Assembly (NCBI GenBank): GCA_964016885.1
Contig: OZ024762.1
Coordinates: 12,958,001-13,022,000, forward strand
Reading direction: 5' to 3'
Source: Eledone cirrhosa
Lineage: Eukaryota
Length of the DNA: 64,000 nucleotides
This document shows positions 47,514 through 61,844 of the stretch, in pieces (position 1 is the stretch's first letter; each line of letters starts with the position of its first letter). The translations under genes and the position numbers were made by a program. The notes under the pieces were generated by a model, which saw nothing but the letters and a program-made list of their open reading frames with translations, was not told the DNA's origin and ran no database searches.

Positions 47514-48632
47514 GTTGTATATAATACATATAGTGATGGTGTATTGGTATAATGGTATACACATAGAAATTGCATACATATCAATTTGTCCCCACAATGT
47601 AAATGTTATCTGATTTAAATATATACACCCAATAAGTTATCAATATACACTGCAGTAAATTAATATATATACCCTGTAAGTTATCTATATATACCTAGTA
47701 ACACACAATCACCACCACTACCACCATCATCATCATCACAACCACCACCACCATCATCATCACAACCACCACCACCACCACCACCACCACCACCACCATC
47801 ATCACAACCACCATCACCACCACTACTACCACCACCACCACCACCTCCAGCACTACCACCACCATCACCATCACCACTCACTCACCACCACCACCATCCT
47901 CACTCACTCACCACCAACACTACCAAGTAGTGGAGGTGGTGTAGTGGTGGTGTAGTGGTGGTGGTGGTAGTGGTGGTGGTGTAGTGGGAGTGGTGATGAT
48001 GGCAATGATGGTGGTGTACTGGTGCTGGTGTTGATGGTGGTGGTGGTGTAGTGGTGGTGGTGTAGTGGTGCTGATAGTGGTGGTGGTGGTGGTGTGGTGC
48101 TGGTGGTGATGGTGGTGGTGGTAGTGATGGTGGTGTAGTGGTGGTGGTGGTGGTGGTGGTGTAGTGGTGTTAGTGGTGGTGGTGGTGTTGTGGTGGTGCA
48201 GTGGTGCTGGTGGTGATGGTGTGGTGGTGGTGGTGTAGTGGTGGTGGTGGTGTAGTGGTGGTGGTGGTAGTGGTGCTGGTGTAGTGGTGGTGGTGTGGTG
48301 CTGGTGTAGTGGTACTGGAGGTGATGGTGTAGTGGTGGCAGTGGTGGTGGTGTAGTGGTGGTGGTGGTGCTGGTGTAGTGGTGGTGGTGTGGTGCTGGTG
48401 TAGTGGTACTGGAGGTGATGGTGTAGTGGTGGCAGTGGTGGTGGTGTAGTGGTAGTGGTGGTGCTGGTGTAGTGGTGGTGGTGGTAGTGGTGGTGGTTGA
48501 TGGTGTAGTGGTGGTAGTGGTGGTGGTGGTGGTGGTGGTGTACTGGTATAGATACACACATATATAATATACACATACATACACACATATATATGTATGC
48601 ATGCGTGTGTGAATACATAATATATATATATT

Positions 48633-48731
<99 letters not shown>

Positions 48732-48847
48732 TATGTGTGTATATATATATATATGTGTGTGTGTGTATATATGCATATAATGTAGTTGGACCTATGTCAA
48801 TTCACATGTATATATTTACATATGTACGAATGCATATATATATACAC

Positions 48848-49027
<180 letters not shown>

Positions 49028-49113
49028 TACACTTAAAAGTATAAACATTGCACCTAGCACACCCCACCCATCCACCTATATATATATATATATATATATC
49101 AATATATATATAT

Positions 49114-49177
<64 letters not shown>

Positions 49178-49207
49178 ATATACATATATATATATATATA
49201 TATATCA

Positions 49208-49366
<159 letters not shown>

Positions 49367-49584
49367 TCAATATACATATATATATATCAATGTATGGATT
49401 TATACTTTTGTCGAGTTTCAATTCAGAGTATTGCAATTATTGTGAAACGTTATGTATAAGATTTTCTAACCCTAATTACACTATTGTGTGAGAATAAGTT
49501 TTCTTTTTAAAGAGAGAATATATTCATATATCAACAATGTACATTTATCTACTCTTACACACTTACACACCCACACGCAAACAG

Positions 49585-49850
49585 TTCAAGCAATGATTCT
49601 AGTACTGTACTTCCTCTTTTCAACACATCGAAAAGAGGAATGCGACAAAGTTAGCTGAATATATGTAGCAATTACAGGAAAAAGGCTTCCAATTATCACA
49701 TCAAATTGAAGGATATTGAAAGATCAAAGCCCTGCAGGACGTGAATAAAAGATGCGATCTTTGCACAGCAGAGAAAATGCTAATACACAACACCACAAAA
49801 ATATAACATAACTAACAAAATAGCTAAGAAAATACCTCCATAAATATGAT
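49585..49850 (+). pseudogene. Decayed Penelope-like element GIY-YIG endonuclease C-terminal region
   Basis: FKQ*F*YCTSSFQHIEKRNATKLAEYM*QLQEKG / NYHIK / NKRCDLCTAEKMLI (with frameshifts) fits the PLE pattern FKxRxxxHxxSF...TxLxxYxWxL...CxLCxxEKxxI. Confidence 0.75.
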
Positions 49851-50148
49851 ATCTGCTTGAACAGCAGGTCTGAAATTTTTGGTGAATGTAGACACTTTAA
49901 GAAGTTTCTCTTATGCTATTGGAGAATATTATCTTCACCTGACTATCATATGATAAATAATGATTTTACATAAGCCAGAAAAGACATTTTTCAAAATATA
50001 TCTGTGTGTTTAGGTATCACACACATACTTAGAGACACAGCCTCACTCGCGTCTATCTATGTATCTTTATACGTACACCACACACATTTACCCCTCCCCC
50101 CACACATGTATATATATATTTATATCTATATATGTATATATCTCTATA

Positions 50149-50232
<84 letters not shown>

Positions 50233-50699
50233 TTTATACATACATTTATATATAAATGTATGTATAAAATGTATGTATAAAATGTATGTATATATATATA
50301 TATATATATATATAAATGTATGTATAAAAACATATATATATATATATATATATACACATTCATATATAGACATATATTTATATACATATATACATATATA
50401 TTTATATACATATATACATATATATTTATATACATATATTCATATACATGTATATACATATATACATATATATGTATATATATATATGTACATGTACAGT
50501 CATAAACACAGACACACACACATACACACACACCCACCCCAACACACACACACACATATATATATATAGAAATGTGTTATGTGTGTCAGTCATATAGTAG
50601 ATGAAGTCATTAGCACACTCAATACAAAACACAAACAAAAACAAAGAAACAAAGAAGCAAATGACAAAAACAACAACAAAAAACACACGACACAAACAA

Positions 50700-50750
50700 C
50701 ATACAAAATGGCGTCCAAAAATTGTTGATGTATACCGGAAGTTGATGACA
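50700..50750. promoter_or_regulatory. YY1 plus ETS motif pair, TSS-like
   Basis: AAAATGGCG 50705-50713; ACCGGAAGT 50734-50742. Confidence 0.45.
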
Positions 50751-50989
50751 GGTGTATCTTCATCTTAGATATTATAGGATTTATAGTTGTTTTTTTTTTC
50801 TTTGTAAAACCAGATATTTGCACTAAAGTAACCCAATAAGATGGGTTGAAGTCTTGGGATTGAGGTGCACAGTGTCAGATCTTATAGACGGCTCCCTATA
50901 GATTGAAATCAATAATAATTCAGACACCGTCTATTATCGATTTCTCTTCATTGGGCACAGAATCAATCATTCTTCTCTATTTTTGTTGA

Positions 50990-51118
50990 CGGTGATGATG
51001 ATGATGAGGAGGATGATGATAATGATGATGATGATGATGTTGATGATGATGTTGATGGTGATGATGATGATGTTGATGGTGATGATGATGGTGATGATGA
51101 TGATGATGATGTTGATGC

Positions 51119-51149
<31 letters not shown>

Positions 51150-51162
51150 GTTGATAGTGATG

Positions 51163-51245
<83 letters not shown>

Positions 51246-51320
51246 AATGATGATGATGGTGATGATAATGATAATGATGATGATGTTGATAATGATAATG
51301 ATGGTGATGGTGATGGTGAT
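50990..51320. repeat. (GAT)n microsatellite
   Basis: Direct reading. Confidence 0.95.
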
Positions 51321-51640
51321 TTTGAAAGTAGGTTTATAATTATCAATTTTCATCATACTTTTGTAGATGTCTCGTTGGCTTAGTGTGGGGGGGGGGGAAT
51401 CATAGATGGTGGTGATCCCGGTCTAAAGTTCGATCCTGGTCGGGGGTAGGGTTCCCGGTAAACCTTTTCAGTTTTTTTCTATGGTATGTAAAATAAAAAC
51501 TGAAAAAGACTGCATGCACCTCTTGAACAGGATTGCACCCAAGACCAGGACCTCCACCGTCTCTAGTACCTACCGCTAGGCCACAGAGACAACCACGAAA
51601 ATCTTATGAAAATTCATACTTATAAACCTACTTTCTAAAT
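51320..51640. mobile_element. Diverged foldback of two convergent tRNA-like (Pol III box) units
   Basis: GAAAGTAGGTTTATAA.../...TTATAAACCTACTTTC ends. Each arm has an A-box-like (TGGCTTAGTG; TGGCCTAGCGG) and a B-box-like (GTTCGATCC; GTGCAATCC) motif, then CTTTTCAGTTTTT. Confidence 0.65.
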
Positions 51641-51734
51641 TTTATTTATTCATTATAAAAATTAAATGATAGCATTCTATATGTAGGTGGGCCCCCTTCA
51701 TCTCCAGGCAACCAATATTTTTAGACCAGTCCGC

Positions 51735-51765
<31 letters not shown>

Positions 51766-51867
51766 GATTTTGAGTTTATGTTGGTTGTATACCAACACCT
51801 CAGTATGCAGGCTGGAGCACTCGACGAAGTGCGCAGGTTGGTTTGGTTAATCCGGAGTAGTGTAAAA

Positions 51868-51922
51868 ACTGCCTGAAGAGGTCACAGCCAAAGATGGCTG
51901 TCACTGAAATATATATAGCAGT
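51868..51922 (+). ncRNA. Minimal type I hammerhead ribozyme
   Basis: ACUGC-CUGAAGA-GGUCACAGCCA-AAGA-UGGCUGUCACU-GAAA-UAUAUA-UA/GCAGU, immediately followed by AATAAA. Confidence 0.85.
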
Positions 51923-51966
51923 AATAAACGAAGCTAAATGTTAATCATTTGACTTTTATTTAACTT

Positions 51967-52007
<41 letters not shown>

Positions 52008-52074
52008 TGAGATTCTACAGGACTAGAACTGTTTCATTCTTTTCATATATATATATATATGTATATATATATAT

Positions 52075-52275
52075 GGGAAAAGAGTCAGGATCCCGACGGC
52101 TGAGTTCCGGCCGTTTCGACAGGTGGATCTGAGATCAGATCTAGCTGTCGAAACGGACGGAGCTCAGCTGTCGGGGTCTTGAACTCTTTTCCTATTACCC
52201 ATTCTACTACCCTAAGTATCGAGTACTCAGGTGTGTTATGGTCCACTTAGTTTCTTACCACACTTTCTTCGTTAT
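52075..52275 (+). mobile_element. Older foldback family copy (subfamily B) with tail
   Basis: Imperfect arms around GATCTGAGATCAGATC; tail homologous to 47049-47126. Confidence 0.85.
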
Positions 52276-52499
52276 ACATACATACATATATACATAAATA
52301 TGTATATATATAAGACTCTATTGATTTTTCCCTGGATTTCACCAAATTCTGTGGATGAATCTATATCCTGATTCTTTTTGAATTGAGTTTGAATTATTTT
52401 CCACATCTTACGTTAACTATTTTTCCATTTTGACGTTATAGTCACTTATATATTATGGAATACTGTTGGCTTCTTGCTACAATAATCTCTATACTTTTC

Positions 52500-52559
<60 letters not shown>

Positions 52560-52563
<4 letters not shown>

Positions 52564-52763
52564 CGAAGGAAATGTGGTAAGGAACCAGGACGACCATAAC
52601 GCACCAAAGTACTCAATACTTAGGGTAATAGAGTGGGTAATAGGAACGAGTAGGACCCCGACGGCTGAGCTCAAACCGTTTCGACGGCTAATTCTGGACT
52701 AAATTTAGTCCAGAATTAGCCGTCGAAACGGCTTGAGCTCAGCCGTCGGGGTCCTACTCGTTC

Positions 52764-52767
<4 letters not shown>
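52560..52767 (-). mobile_element. Foldback family copy: tail plus 64-bp arms (one mismatch)
   Basis: Arms 52640-52703 and 52704-52767, axis CTAAA|TTTAG. Confidence 0.9.
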
Positions 52768-52797
<30 letters not shown>

Positions 52798-54939
52798 GAA
52801 TGCTTATTTACATGAATATTTCCTATAGGAATCAATACACCACACCAGTCATATATATATATATATATATATATTTGTGTGTGTGTGTACACACACACAA
52901 ACAGAAGAATGGAGGAAGTTGATCGTGTAAATAGTGTGATTTTATCCAACCAGTGCAGTGATTCATGCCGCCGGTTCAATAGCAGTGAACACTTGAGTCT
53001 TCCTCCTATCAGGTCGGTGGCCTGGAGGCTTCACAATCCCTTCACTTTAACTGGTTCCCTGCTGAGTTAGAAAGGAGGGAAGAACGTATTGCTAGCTTTG
53101 GCTCTATACTGTTGTACTGGTGGTGGTGGTGGTGGTGGTGGTGGTGGTGGTGGTGGTGGTGGTGGTGGTGGTAGGTGGTGGTGGTGTTGGTGGTGGTGAT
53201 GGTGGTGGTGGGGTTATTACTGGTGGTGGGGTGGTGGGTGGTGTTGTTACTGGTGTTGGTGGTGGTGGTGGTGATGATGGTGGTGGTGCTGGTGGGGTTA
53301 TTACTGGTGGTGGGGTGGTGGGTGGTGTTGTTACTGGTGTTGGTGGTGGTGATGGTGGTGGTGGTGGTGGTGTTGTTACTGGTGGTGGTGGTGGTGGTGG
53401 TGTTGGTGGTGGTGATGGTGGTGGTGGGGTTATTACTGGTGGTGGGGTGGTGGGTGGTGTTGTTACTGGTGTTGGTGGTGGTGATGGTGGTGGTGGTGGT
53501 GGTCTTGTTACTGGTGGTGGTGGTGATGTTGTTGTGGTGGTGGTGGTGTTGTTACTGGTGGTGGTGGTAGGTGGTGTTGTTACTGGTGGTGGTGGTGATG
53601 TTGTTGTGGTGATGGTGTTGTTACTGGTGGTGTTGTTACTGGTGGTGGAGGTGATGTTGTTGTGGTGGTGGTGGTGTTACTGGTGTTGGTGGTGGTGGTG
53701 GTGATCGTGTTGTTGTGGTGGTGGTGGTGGTGATGGTGGTGGTGGTGGTGGGGTTATTACTGGTGGTGGGGTGGTGGTGGTGGTGTTGTTGTGGTGGTGG
53801 TGGTGATGGTGGTGGTGGTGGTGGTGATGGTGGTGGTGGTGGGGTTATTACTGGTGGTGGGGTGGTGGGTGGTGTTGTTACTGGCGTTGGTGGTGGTGAT
53901 GGTGGTGGTGGAGGTGGTGTTGTTACTGGTGTTGGTGGTGGTGATGGTGGTGGTGGTGGTGGGGTTATTACTGGTGGTGGGGTGGTGGGTGGTGTTGTTA
54001 CTGGTGTTGGTGGTGGTGATAGTGGTGGTGGAGGTGGTGTTGTTACTGGTGGTGGTGCTGGTGATGGTGGTGGTGGTGGTGTTGTTGTGGTGGTGGTGGT
54101 AGGTGGTGTTGTTACTGGTGTTGGTGGGGGTGATGGTGGTGGTGGAGGTGGTGTTGTTGTTGTGGTGGTGGTGTTGGTGATGGTGGTGGTGGTGGTGTTG
54201 TTACTGGTGGTGGTGGTGATGGTGGTGGTGGGGTTGTTACTGGTGGTGGGGTGGTGGTGGTGGTCGTGGTGGTCGTGGTGGTGTTGTTACTGGTGTTGGT
54301 GGTGGTGATGGTAGTGGTGGTGGTGGTGGTGATGATAGTGGTGGTGGTGATGGTGGTGGTGTTGGTGATGGTGGTGGTGGTGGTGTTGTTACTGGTGGTG
54401 GTGGTGATGGTGGTGGTGGTGTTGTTACTGGTGTTGGTGGGGGTGATGGTAGTGGTGGTGGTGGTGGTGGTGGTGATGGTGGTGGTGTTGGTGATGGTGG
54501 TGGTGGTGGTGTTGTTACTGGTGGTGGTGGTGATGGTGGTGATGATGGTGGTGGTGGTGTTGTTACTGGTGTTGGTGGTGGTGATGGTAGTGGTGGTGGT
54601 GGTGATGGTGGTGTTGGTGATGGGGGTGGTGGTGGTGTTGTTACTGGTGGTGGTGGTGGTGGTGGTGATGATGGTGGTGGTGGTGGTGATGGTGGTGGTG
54701 GGGTTGTTACTGGTGGTGATGGTGGTGGTGGTGGCGGGGTTGTTACTGGTGGTGGTGATGGTGGTGGTGGTGGCGGGGTTGTGGGGTTGTGGTGTTGGTG
54801 GTGCTCTCTATATATACATTACACTTTCCGTTTTATCTTACATGTATATCATGTAACATTATATATATATGTGTGTGTGTGTGTATATATATGTGTGTGT
54901 GTATATATATATATATATGTGTGTGTGTGTATATATATA

Positions 54940-54987
<48 letters not shown>

Positions 54988-55066
54988 ATTATATATATAT
55001 ATACATGTATATATATAATATGTATATATATATGTATAAATAAAATAACAGGAGGCTTGACTGGTG

Positions 55067-55112
55067 TAAATCCTAGCTGCTTTCACCTCGGCCAGTCGCC
55101 CTCAGATATTTA
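55067..55112 (-). ncRNA. Degenerate hammerhead-like motif
   Basis: Minus strand: UAAAUAU-CUGAGGG-...-GAAA-GCAGC-UA/GGAUUUA. Core A9 changed and stem II poor. Confidence 0.35.
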
Positions 55113-55215
55113 TACATGTATATACAGTATATATATGTATATATGTATATTATATACATGTATAAATATATGTGTGTGTATATGTATGTATATATATGTA
55201 TATATATATATATAT

Positions 55216-55280
55216 ATAGGAACGAGTAGGACCCCGACGGCTGAGCTCAAGCCGTTTCGACGGCTAATTCTGGACTAAAA
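55216..55280 (-). mobile_element. Half copy of the foldback family (subfamily A)
   Basis: TAGGAACGAGTAGGACCCCGACGGCTGAGCTCAAGCCGTTTCGACGGCTAATTCTGGACTAAA, ending at the usual fold axis. Confidence 0.85.
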
Positions 55281-55291
55281 AAAATATAAAA

Positions 55292-55350
<59 letters not shown>

Positions 55351-55520
55351 AATGTACTATATACATATATATTTGTGTGTACTATATACATATATATATA
55401 TGTATATATATATATATATGTATATATATATGTACATATTGTATAGCTGATTTATAGGTACCAATATGAACAAACAAGACACGGGTTGAGTGTAGAGATG
55501 AAAAAAATATTTTCCTTATA

Positions 55521-55566
<46 letters not shown>

Positions 55567-55750
55567 AATATATATATATATATATGTTTGTCTGTTTGTC
55601 TCTGTATGTGTGAGTGTGTGATGCTATTATTATACAACGTTAGAATACCATAACGTAATAAATGTTATAATATAATATATAATGAGATATATAATATAAT
55701 ATAGACTTGATAATATATTATAATATATTTATCTGAATATATTTATCACA

Positions 55751-55801
<51 letters not shown>

Positions 55802-55838
55802 GTATATATTAATTTATATATATACATATATACATATA

Positions 55839-55899
<61 letters not shown>

Positions 55900-55962
55900 A
55901 TATTTATTTATATATATACATATATACATATACATATATATATATATATATATTATTTATAC

Positions 55963-56039
55963 TCCAGTCCTACAAACTGTAGAGTGCTTCTTATCCGATA
56001 TCTGCATTGCTTTATTGTACTACAATAAAACTCACCTCC

Positions 56040-56042
<3 letters not shown>
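55963..56042. mobile_element. Second copy of the 80-bp element at 18552 (inverted)
   Basis: Exact reverse complement by eye. Confidence 0.8.
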
Positions 56043-56098
<56 letters not shown>

Positions 56099-56126
56099 GT
56101 CTATATTTATTTATATATATACATAT

Positions 56127-56198
<72 letters not shown>

Positions 56199-56316
56199 GC
56201 ATACATATATACATATATGTCTATATTTATTTATATATATATATATATATATGCATACATATATACATATATATAAATATACATACATATGTATGTATAT
56301 ACGTACATATAAATAT

Positions 56317-56408
56317 TGTCCCCAAAAATGTATGTACACTTCGATTATCTGTACAGGCAATATTTATTAGAATGCTGTTGAAGTGTGTATACATTTTTTG
56401 GGGACACC

Positions 56409-56413
<5 letters not shown>
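56317..56413. mobile_element. Tc1/mariner-like MITE (~100 bp)
   Basis: TGTCCCCAAAAATGTATGTACACTTC / GAAGTGTGTATACATTTTTTGGGGACACCCTG-TA; the right end reads TA-CAGGGTGTCCCC, mariner-like. Confidence 0.65.
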
Positions 56414-56445
<32 letters not shown>

Positions 56446-56455
56446 AATATGCATA

Positions 56456-56513
<58 letters not shown>

Positions 56514-56526
56514 TGTATACATTCAT

Positions 56527-56633
<107 letters not shown>

Positions 56634-56762
56634 CATACACATATATATATATATATATATAAATGTGTATATAATAAGATAAGAAGTTGTATTTATACGA
56701 TATTAGATAAGATATAATGTCGTATGACATAATATAAATCCACATACACACACACATACACA

Positions 56763-56796
<34 letters not shown>

Positions 56797-56931
56797 TATG
56801 TATATATATACATGTATGCATACGTGTATATATATATATGTTTGTTTGGGGTTAGAGAGATAGGTACCGTGTGTATAATATTACGAATTCAATTTTCACA
56901 AACCTTAGAAAATAATATATGTATGTATATA

Positions 56932-56962
<31 letters not shown>

Positions 56963-57286
56963 GTGTGTGAGTGTGTGTGGATGTGAGTGTGTCATATATA
57001 TATATATATATATATATTTAGATACATAATATATATATGTATATATATATATAAACATATATATGCGTGTGTGTGCATGTATAGTCATTTATATATATAT
57101 ATATTTAGGTACATAAACACATATAAATATATATATACACATATATATATATACACATATATATAGCTATACATATATATATACATATACATATATACGT
57201 ATGTATACTCTATATATAATATTTATACACCGTCACAGACATGTTTCAAGCATACTTTATATGTATGTATATATATATATATATAC

Positions 57287-57362
<76 letters not shown>

Positions 57363-57745
57363 TTATATATATATATATGTATATATATATATTTGTGTGT
57401 GTGTGTGTGTATATATATATATACATACACACGAAAGTAATATGTCTGTGCGTTACTAACGATGAAGTCTGTGTAAATATATCTATGTGAATATATGTGT
57501 GGAAATGTATGTGTAAGATGTGTGAGGGAACGTGTGGGTGTGTGTGTAACAATATGTATGTATGCGTGAATGTGTGTCTAAGTGTAAGGATATGTGTGTA
57601 AATGTATGAGCGTGTAATAGTATGTTAGTGGATGGGTGTGTTGAATATTAGTCGTAGCTCTACATTATTCTGAAATTTACTCTACTGTTAATTCTGAAGC
57701 TATGTAGCAGCTTGACACTTGCATATGCATATATATATGTATATA

Positions 57746-57894
<149 letters not shown>

Positions 57895-57935
57895 ATATAT
57901 ATATATATATGTATATATATATGTATATATGTATA

Positions 57936-57999
<64 letters not shown>

Positions 58000-58023
58000 T
58001 ATATATATGTATATATATGTATA

Positions 58024-58152
<129 letters not shown>

Positions 58153-58165
58153 GTATATATATATA

Positions 58166-58250
<85 letters not shown>

Positions 58251-58280
58251 ATGTATATATGTGTGTATATATATATATAT

Positions 58281-58369
58281 ATAGGAAAAGAATCAGGACC
58301 CCGACGGCTGAGCTCTGGCCGTTTCGACAGCTACATCCGTTATGGCTTCTTACCACACTTTCATCATTG

Positions 58370-58372
<3 letters not shown>
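58281..58372. mobile_element. Internally deleted foldback family copy (subfamily B)
   Basis: Left arm TAGGAAAAGAATCAGGACCCCGACGGCTGAGCTCTGGCCGTTTCGACAGCTA joined to tail end TTCTTACCACACTTTC. Confidence 0.75.
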
Positions 58373-58425
<53 letters not shown>

Positions 58426-58650
58426 AAGTATATCAAAATATATCGAATATGTTTGATTTATGTGCTTCTCAATCTGGAATAAATATTTTTCTATGACATA
58501 TGTGCTAATCGATATAATATTCTCTACTTTGGTATTAAGCAATTTCCCTCGTTTTTGCAAAGTCAAATGTACCAATAAATATATGAATCCATGGTACTGT
58601 TTCCCTCGAGTGAACCCGGGACACACACACACATATACATACATATATAT

Positions 58651-58724
<74 letters not shown>

Positions 58725-58740
58725 ATATATGTATATATAT

Positions 58741-58795
58741 GTCTTTTACGGTCTTTTACTGTTTCAGCCATCCGGCTGAGGCCATGCTGGGGCAT
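58741..58795 (-). mobile_element. SINE/LINE 3' tail fragment
   Basis: Minus strand CCCCAGCATGGCCTCAGCCGGATGGCTGAAACAGTAAAAGACCGTAAAAGAC; resembles octopus SINE 3' ends (recall), with a hairpin and a repeated tail. Confidence 0.55.
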
Positions 58796-58866
58796 ATGTA
58801 TATATATGTATATATATGTATATGTATATATATGTATATATATATATATGTATATGTATATATATG

Positions 58867-58897
<31 letters not shown>

Positions 58898-58940
58898 GTA
58901 TATATATCTATGTATATATATGTATATATATGTATATATG

Positions 58941-58971
<31 letters not shown>

Positions 58972-59161
58972 GTATATATATATATGTATATATATATGCA
59001 TACATATATATGTATATATATGTATAAATATATATGTATATATATACGTATATATATATTTGTGTATATATATGTATATACATATATATGTATATATATG
59101 TATATATATATATTTGTATATATATATATATATATTCATATACATATATTTGTATATATAA

Positions 59162-59225
<64 letters not shown>

Positions 59226-59436
59226 TTTATGTTGGATAGCTTAACACATGGGTAGATCAGGTCATTCCGGTTAGTAAATCATGATGTTATAAGGTAAAGC
59301 ACTCAACGTCATGTAAATAATCCATCGTAGATGTGGTATCTCATTGGTGGTGCAGGAACTGAGTTTGATATTTCGAAGATAACTTAATGCCACATTCCAA
59401 ATATCCTTTTAATGTTCCGACTTTGCATTGCCCTCG

Positions 59437-59491
<55 letters not shown>

Positions 59492-59532
59492 CATTCTCCA
59501 CATTACAGCCAGAAGAACGAGACAGATAGAAA

Positions 59533-59570
<38 letters not shown>

Positions 59571-59618
59571 GAAGAAGAAGAAAAAGAAAAAGAAAAAGAA
59601 AAAGAAGAAGAAGAACAA

Positions 59619-59672
<54 letters not shown>

Positions 59673-59889
59673 GAAGAAGAAGAAGAAGACGAGACAAAAG
59701 AAGAAGATGAAGACGAAAGAAGGACACGAAAGAAGAAGAATTAGAGAAAAGAAGAAAAAGAGGAAGGAATTGTTTGAACCCGAGACAGGATAATGAAAGG
59801 GAAAAGATGGCGATAATTAGTGACACAATGAAACAAAGGCAGACGACTTTTGATATTGTTTTTTGCTAAAAATGATTTCTTTAATGACA

Positions 59890-60330
59890 GCAATATTGTA
59901 ATGGTGATAATAATATTGTAATGGTGATAATAATATTGTAATGGTGATAATAATATTGTAATGGTGATAATAATATTGTAATGGTGATAATAATATTGTC
60001 ATGGTGATAATAATATTGTAATGATAATAATATTGTAATGGTGATAATAATATTGTAATGGTGATAACATTGTAATGGTGATAATACTATTGTAATGATA
60101 ATACTATTGTAATGATAATACTATTGTAATGATAATAATGATTTTGTAATGATAATAATAATATTGTAATGATAACAATATTGTAATGGTGATAATAATA
60201 TTGTAATGGTGATAGCATTGTAATGGTGATAATAATATTGTAATGGTGATAATAATATTGTAATGGTGATAATAATATTGTAATGGTGATAATAATACTA
60301 TTGTAATGGTGATAATAATATTGTAATGAA
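59890..60330. repeat. 20-bp minisatellite ATGGTGATAATAATATTGTA
   Basis: About 22 units, some shortened. Confidence 0.93.
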
Positions 60331-60345
60331 TGATACTACCACTAT

Positions 60346-60390
<45 letters not shown>

Positions 60391-61422
60391 CACTACTACT
60401 ACTACCACTACCGCTACTACTACTACTACTACTACTGCTGCTGCTGCTACTACTACTAATAATAATGCTGATAATGGTGATAATGATAATGATAATAATA
60501 AAAATTAATAATAAATAAAAATGATGTTGCTAATGGTGATGACAACAACTCTAATAACAACAGCAACAACAGTGACAACAACAACAACTCTAATGATAAT
60601 AACAACAATACTAATGACAACAACAAGAATAACAACAACAACAGTAATGACAACAACAACAATAACAACAACAACAACAACAACAACAACAGTAATAATA
60701 ATTATTATCTCTTATATTAGCCTCAAGGACAGAAGACGTTGGTGGGGGTGGAAAGGGGGGGGGGGAGAATACAGGGGGGGGGGGATAAACAACAACAACA
60801 ATAATGGTAGTGATGGTGGTGGTGGTGGCGACGGTACTGATGGTGATGGTGATGATAACCATGGTGATGATATTAATTCGTCGAAACAAATAAAAGGACA
60901 ATGAATTAACTTAAAAGTCATTGAATTTTTTTTTATCCGGGGTCTGATGTGGCTGAAGGTGGGGGTTGGTGGTGGGGGGGATCTGAGGGAGGGGGTGGGG
61001 TGGCGTGGTGAGGCGGGGGTGGGTGTTAGCGGGGTAGGGTGGGGCGTTGAATTTGGAGGGGAATTAGGAGAGAGAGAGAGAGGGTCCTTAAGGGGGCTTT
61101 ATATTAAGGAGTGAGGTATTTCTGGGATCTCTCTCTCTCTCTCTCTCTCTCTATACTCCTCTACTCTCTCTCTCTCTCTATATATATATGGAGTGACAGA
61201 GATGAGAGTGACAGAAGGAGGGAGAGAGGGAGAAAGAGAGAGAGAGAGGACATCTCCCACCCCCTCCAAATATCCCAAAATAAGCAAAAAATAGAAAAAA
61301 TAATAAAAATTGTCAAATAAACGAAAATAGTTCCAGAGAAAGAATTAGGGAATTCTTGGGGAGCCTTTCTTTCTTTTCCCTTTCTTTCTTTTCTCTTTCG
61401 TTCATTCTACCTTTGTTTCTCC

Positions 61423-61480
<58 letters not shown>

Positions 61481-61844
61481 CATATACATTCATTCTTTCT
61501 GTTTCATCATCACCATCACCACCACAACCACCATCATCATCATCACCACCACCACCACCACCACCACCACCACCACCACCACCACCACCACCACCACCAC
61601 CACCACCAGCATCATCACCACCACCACCACCACCACCACCACCACCATCACCACCACCACCACCATCACCATCACCACCACCACCACCATCACCACCACC
61701 ATCACCACCACCACCATCACCACCATCACCACCACCATCACCACCATCACCATATTGTTGTTGTTGTTACAGTTTTAGATTTCTTCAATATAAGTTAAGC
61801 AAAAATAGCCAAAAGAATGGTAACTATTGGGGTTGGGGTGGTGT

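Noticed and set aside
52899-53070. Short ORF MEEVDRV... and a minus-strand acceptor-like tract
   Set aside because: No recognisable homology; the minus-strand exon has stops in all three frames.
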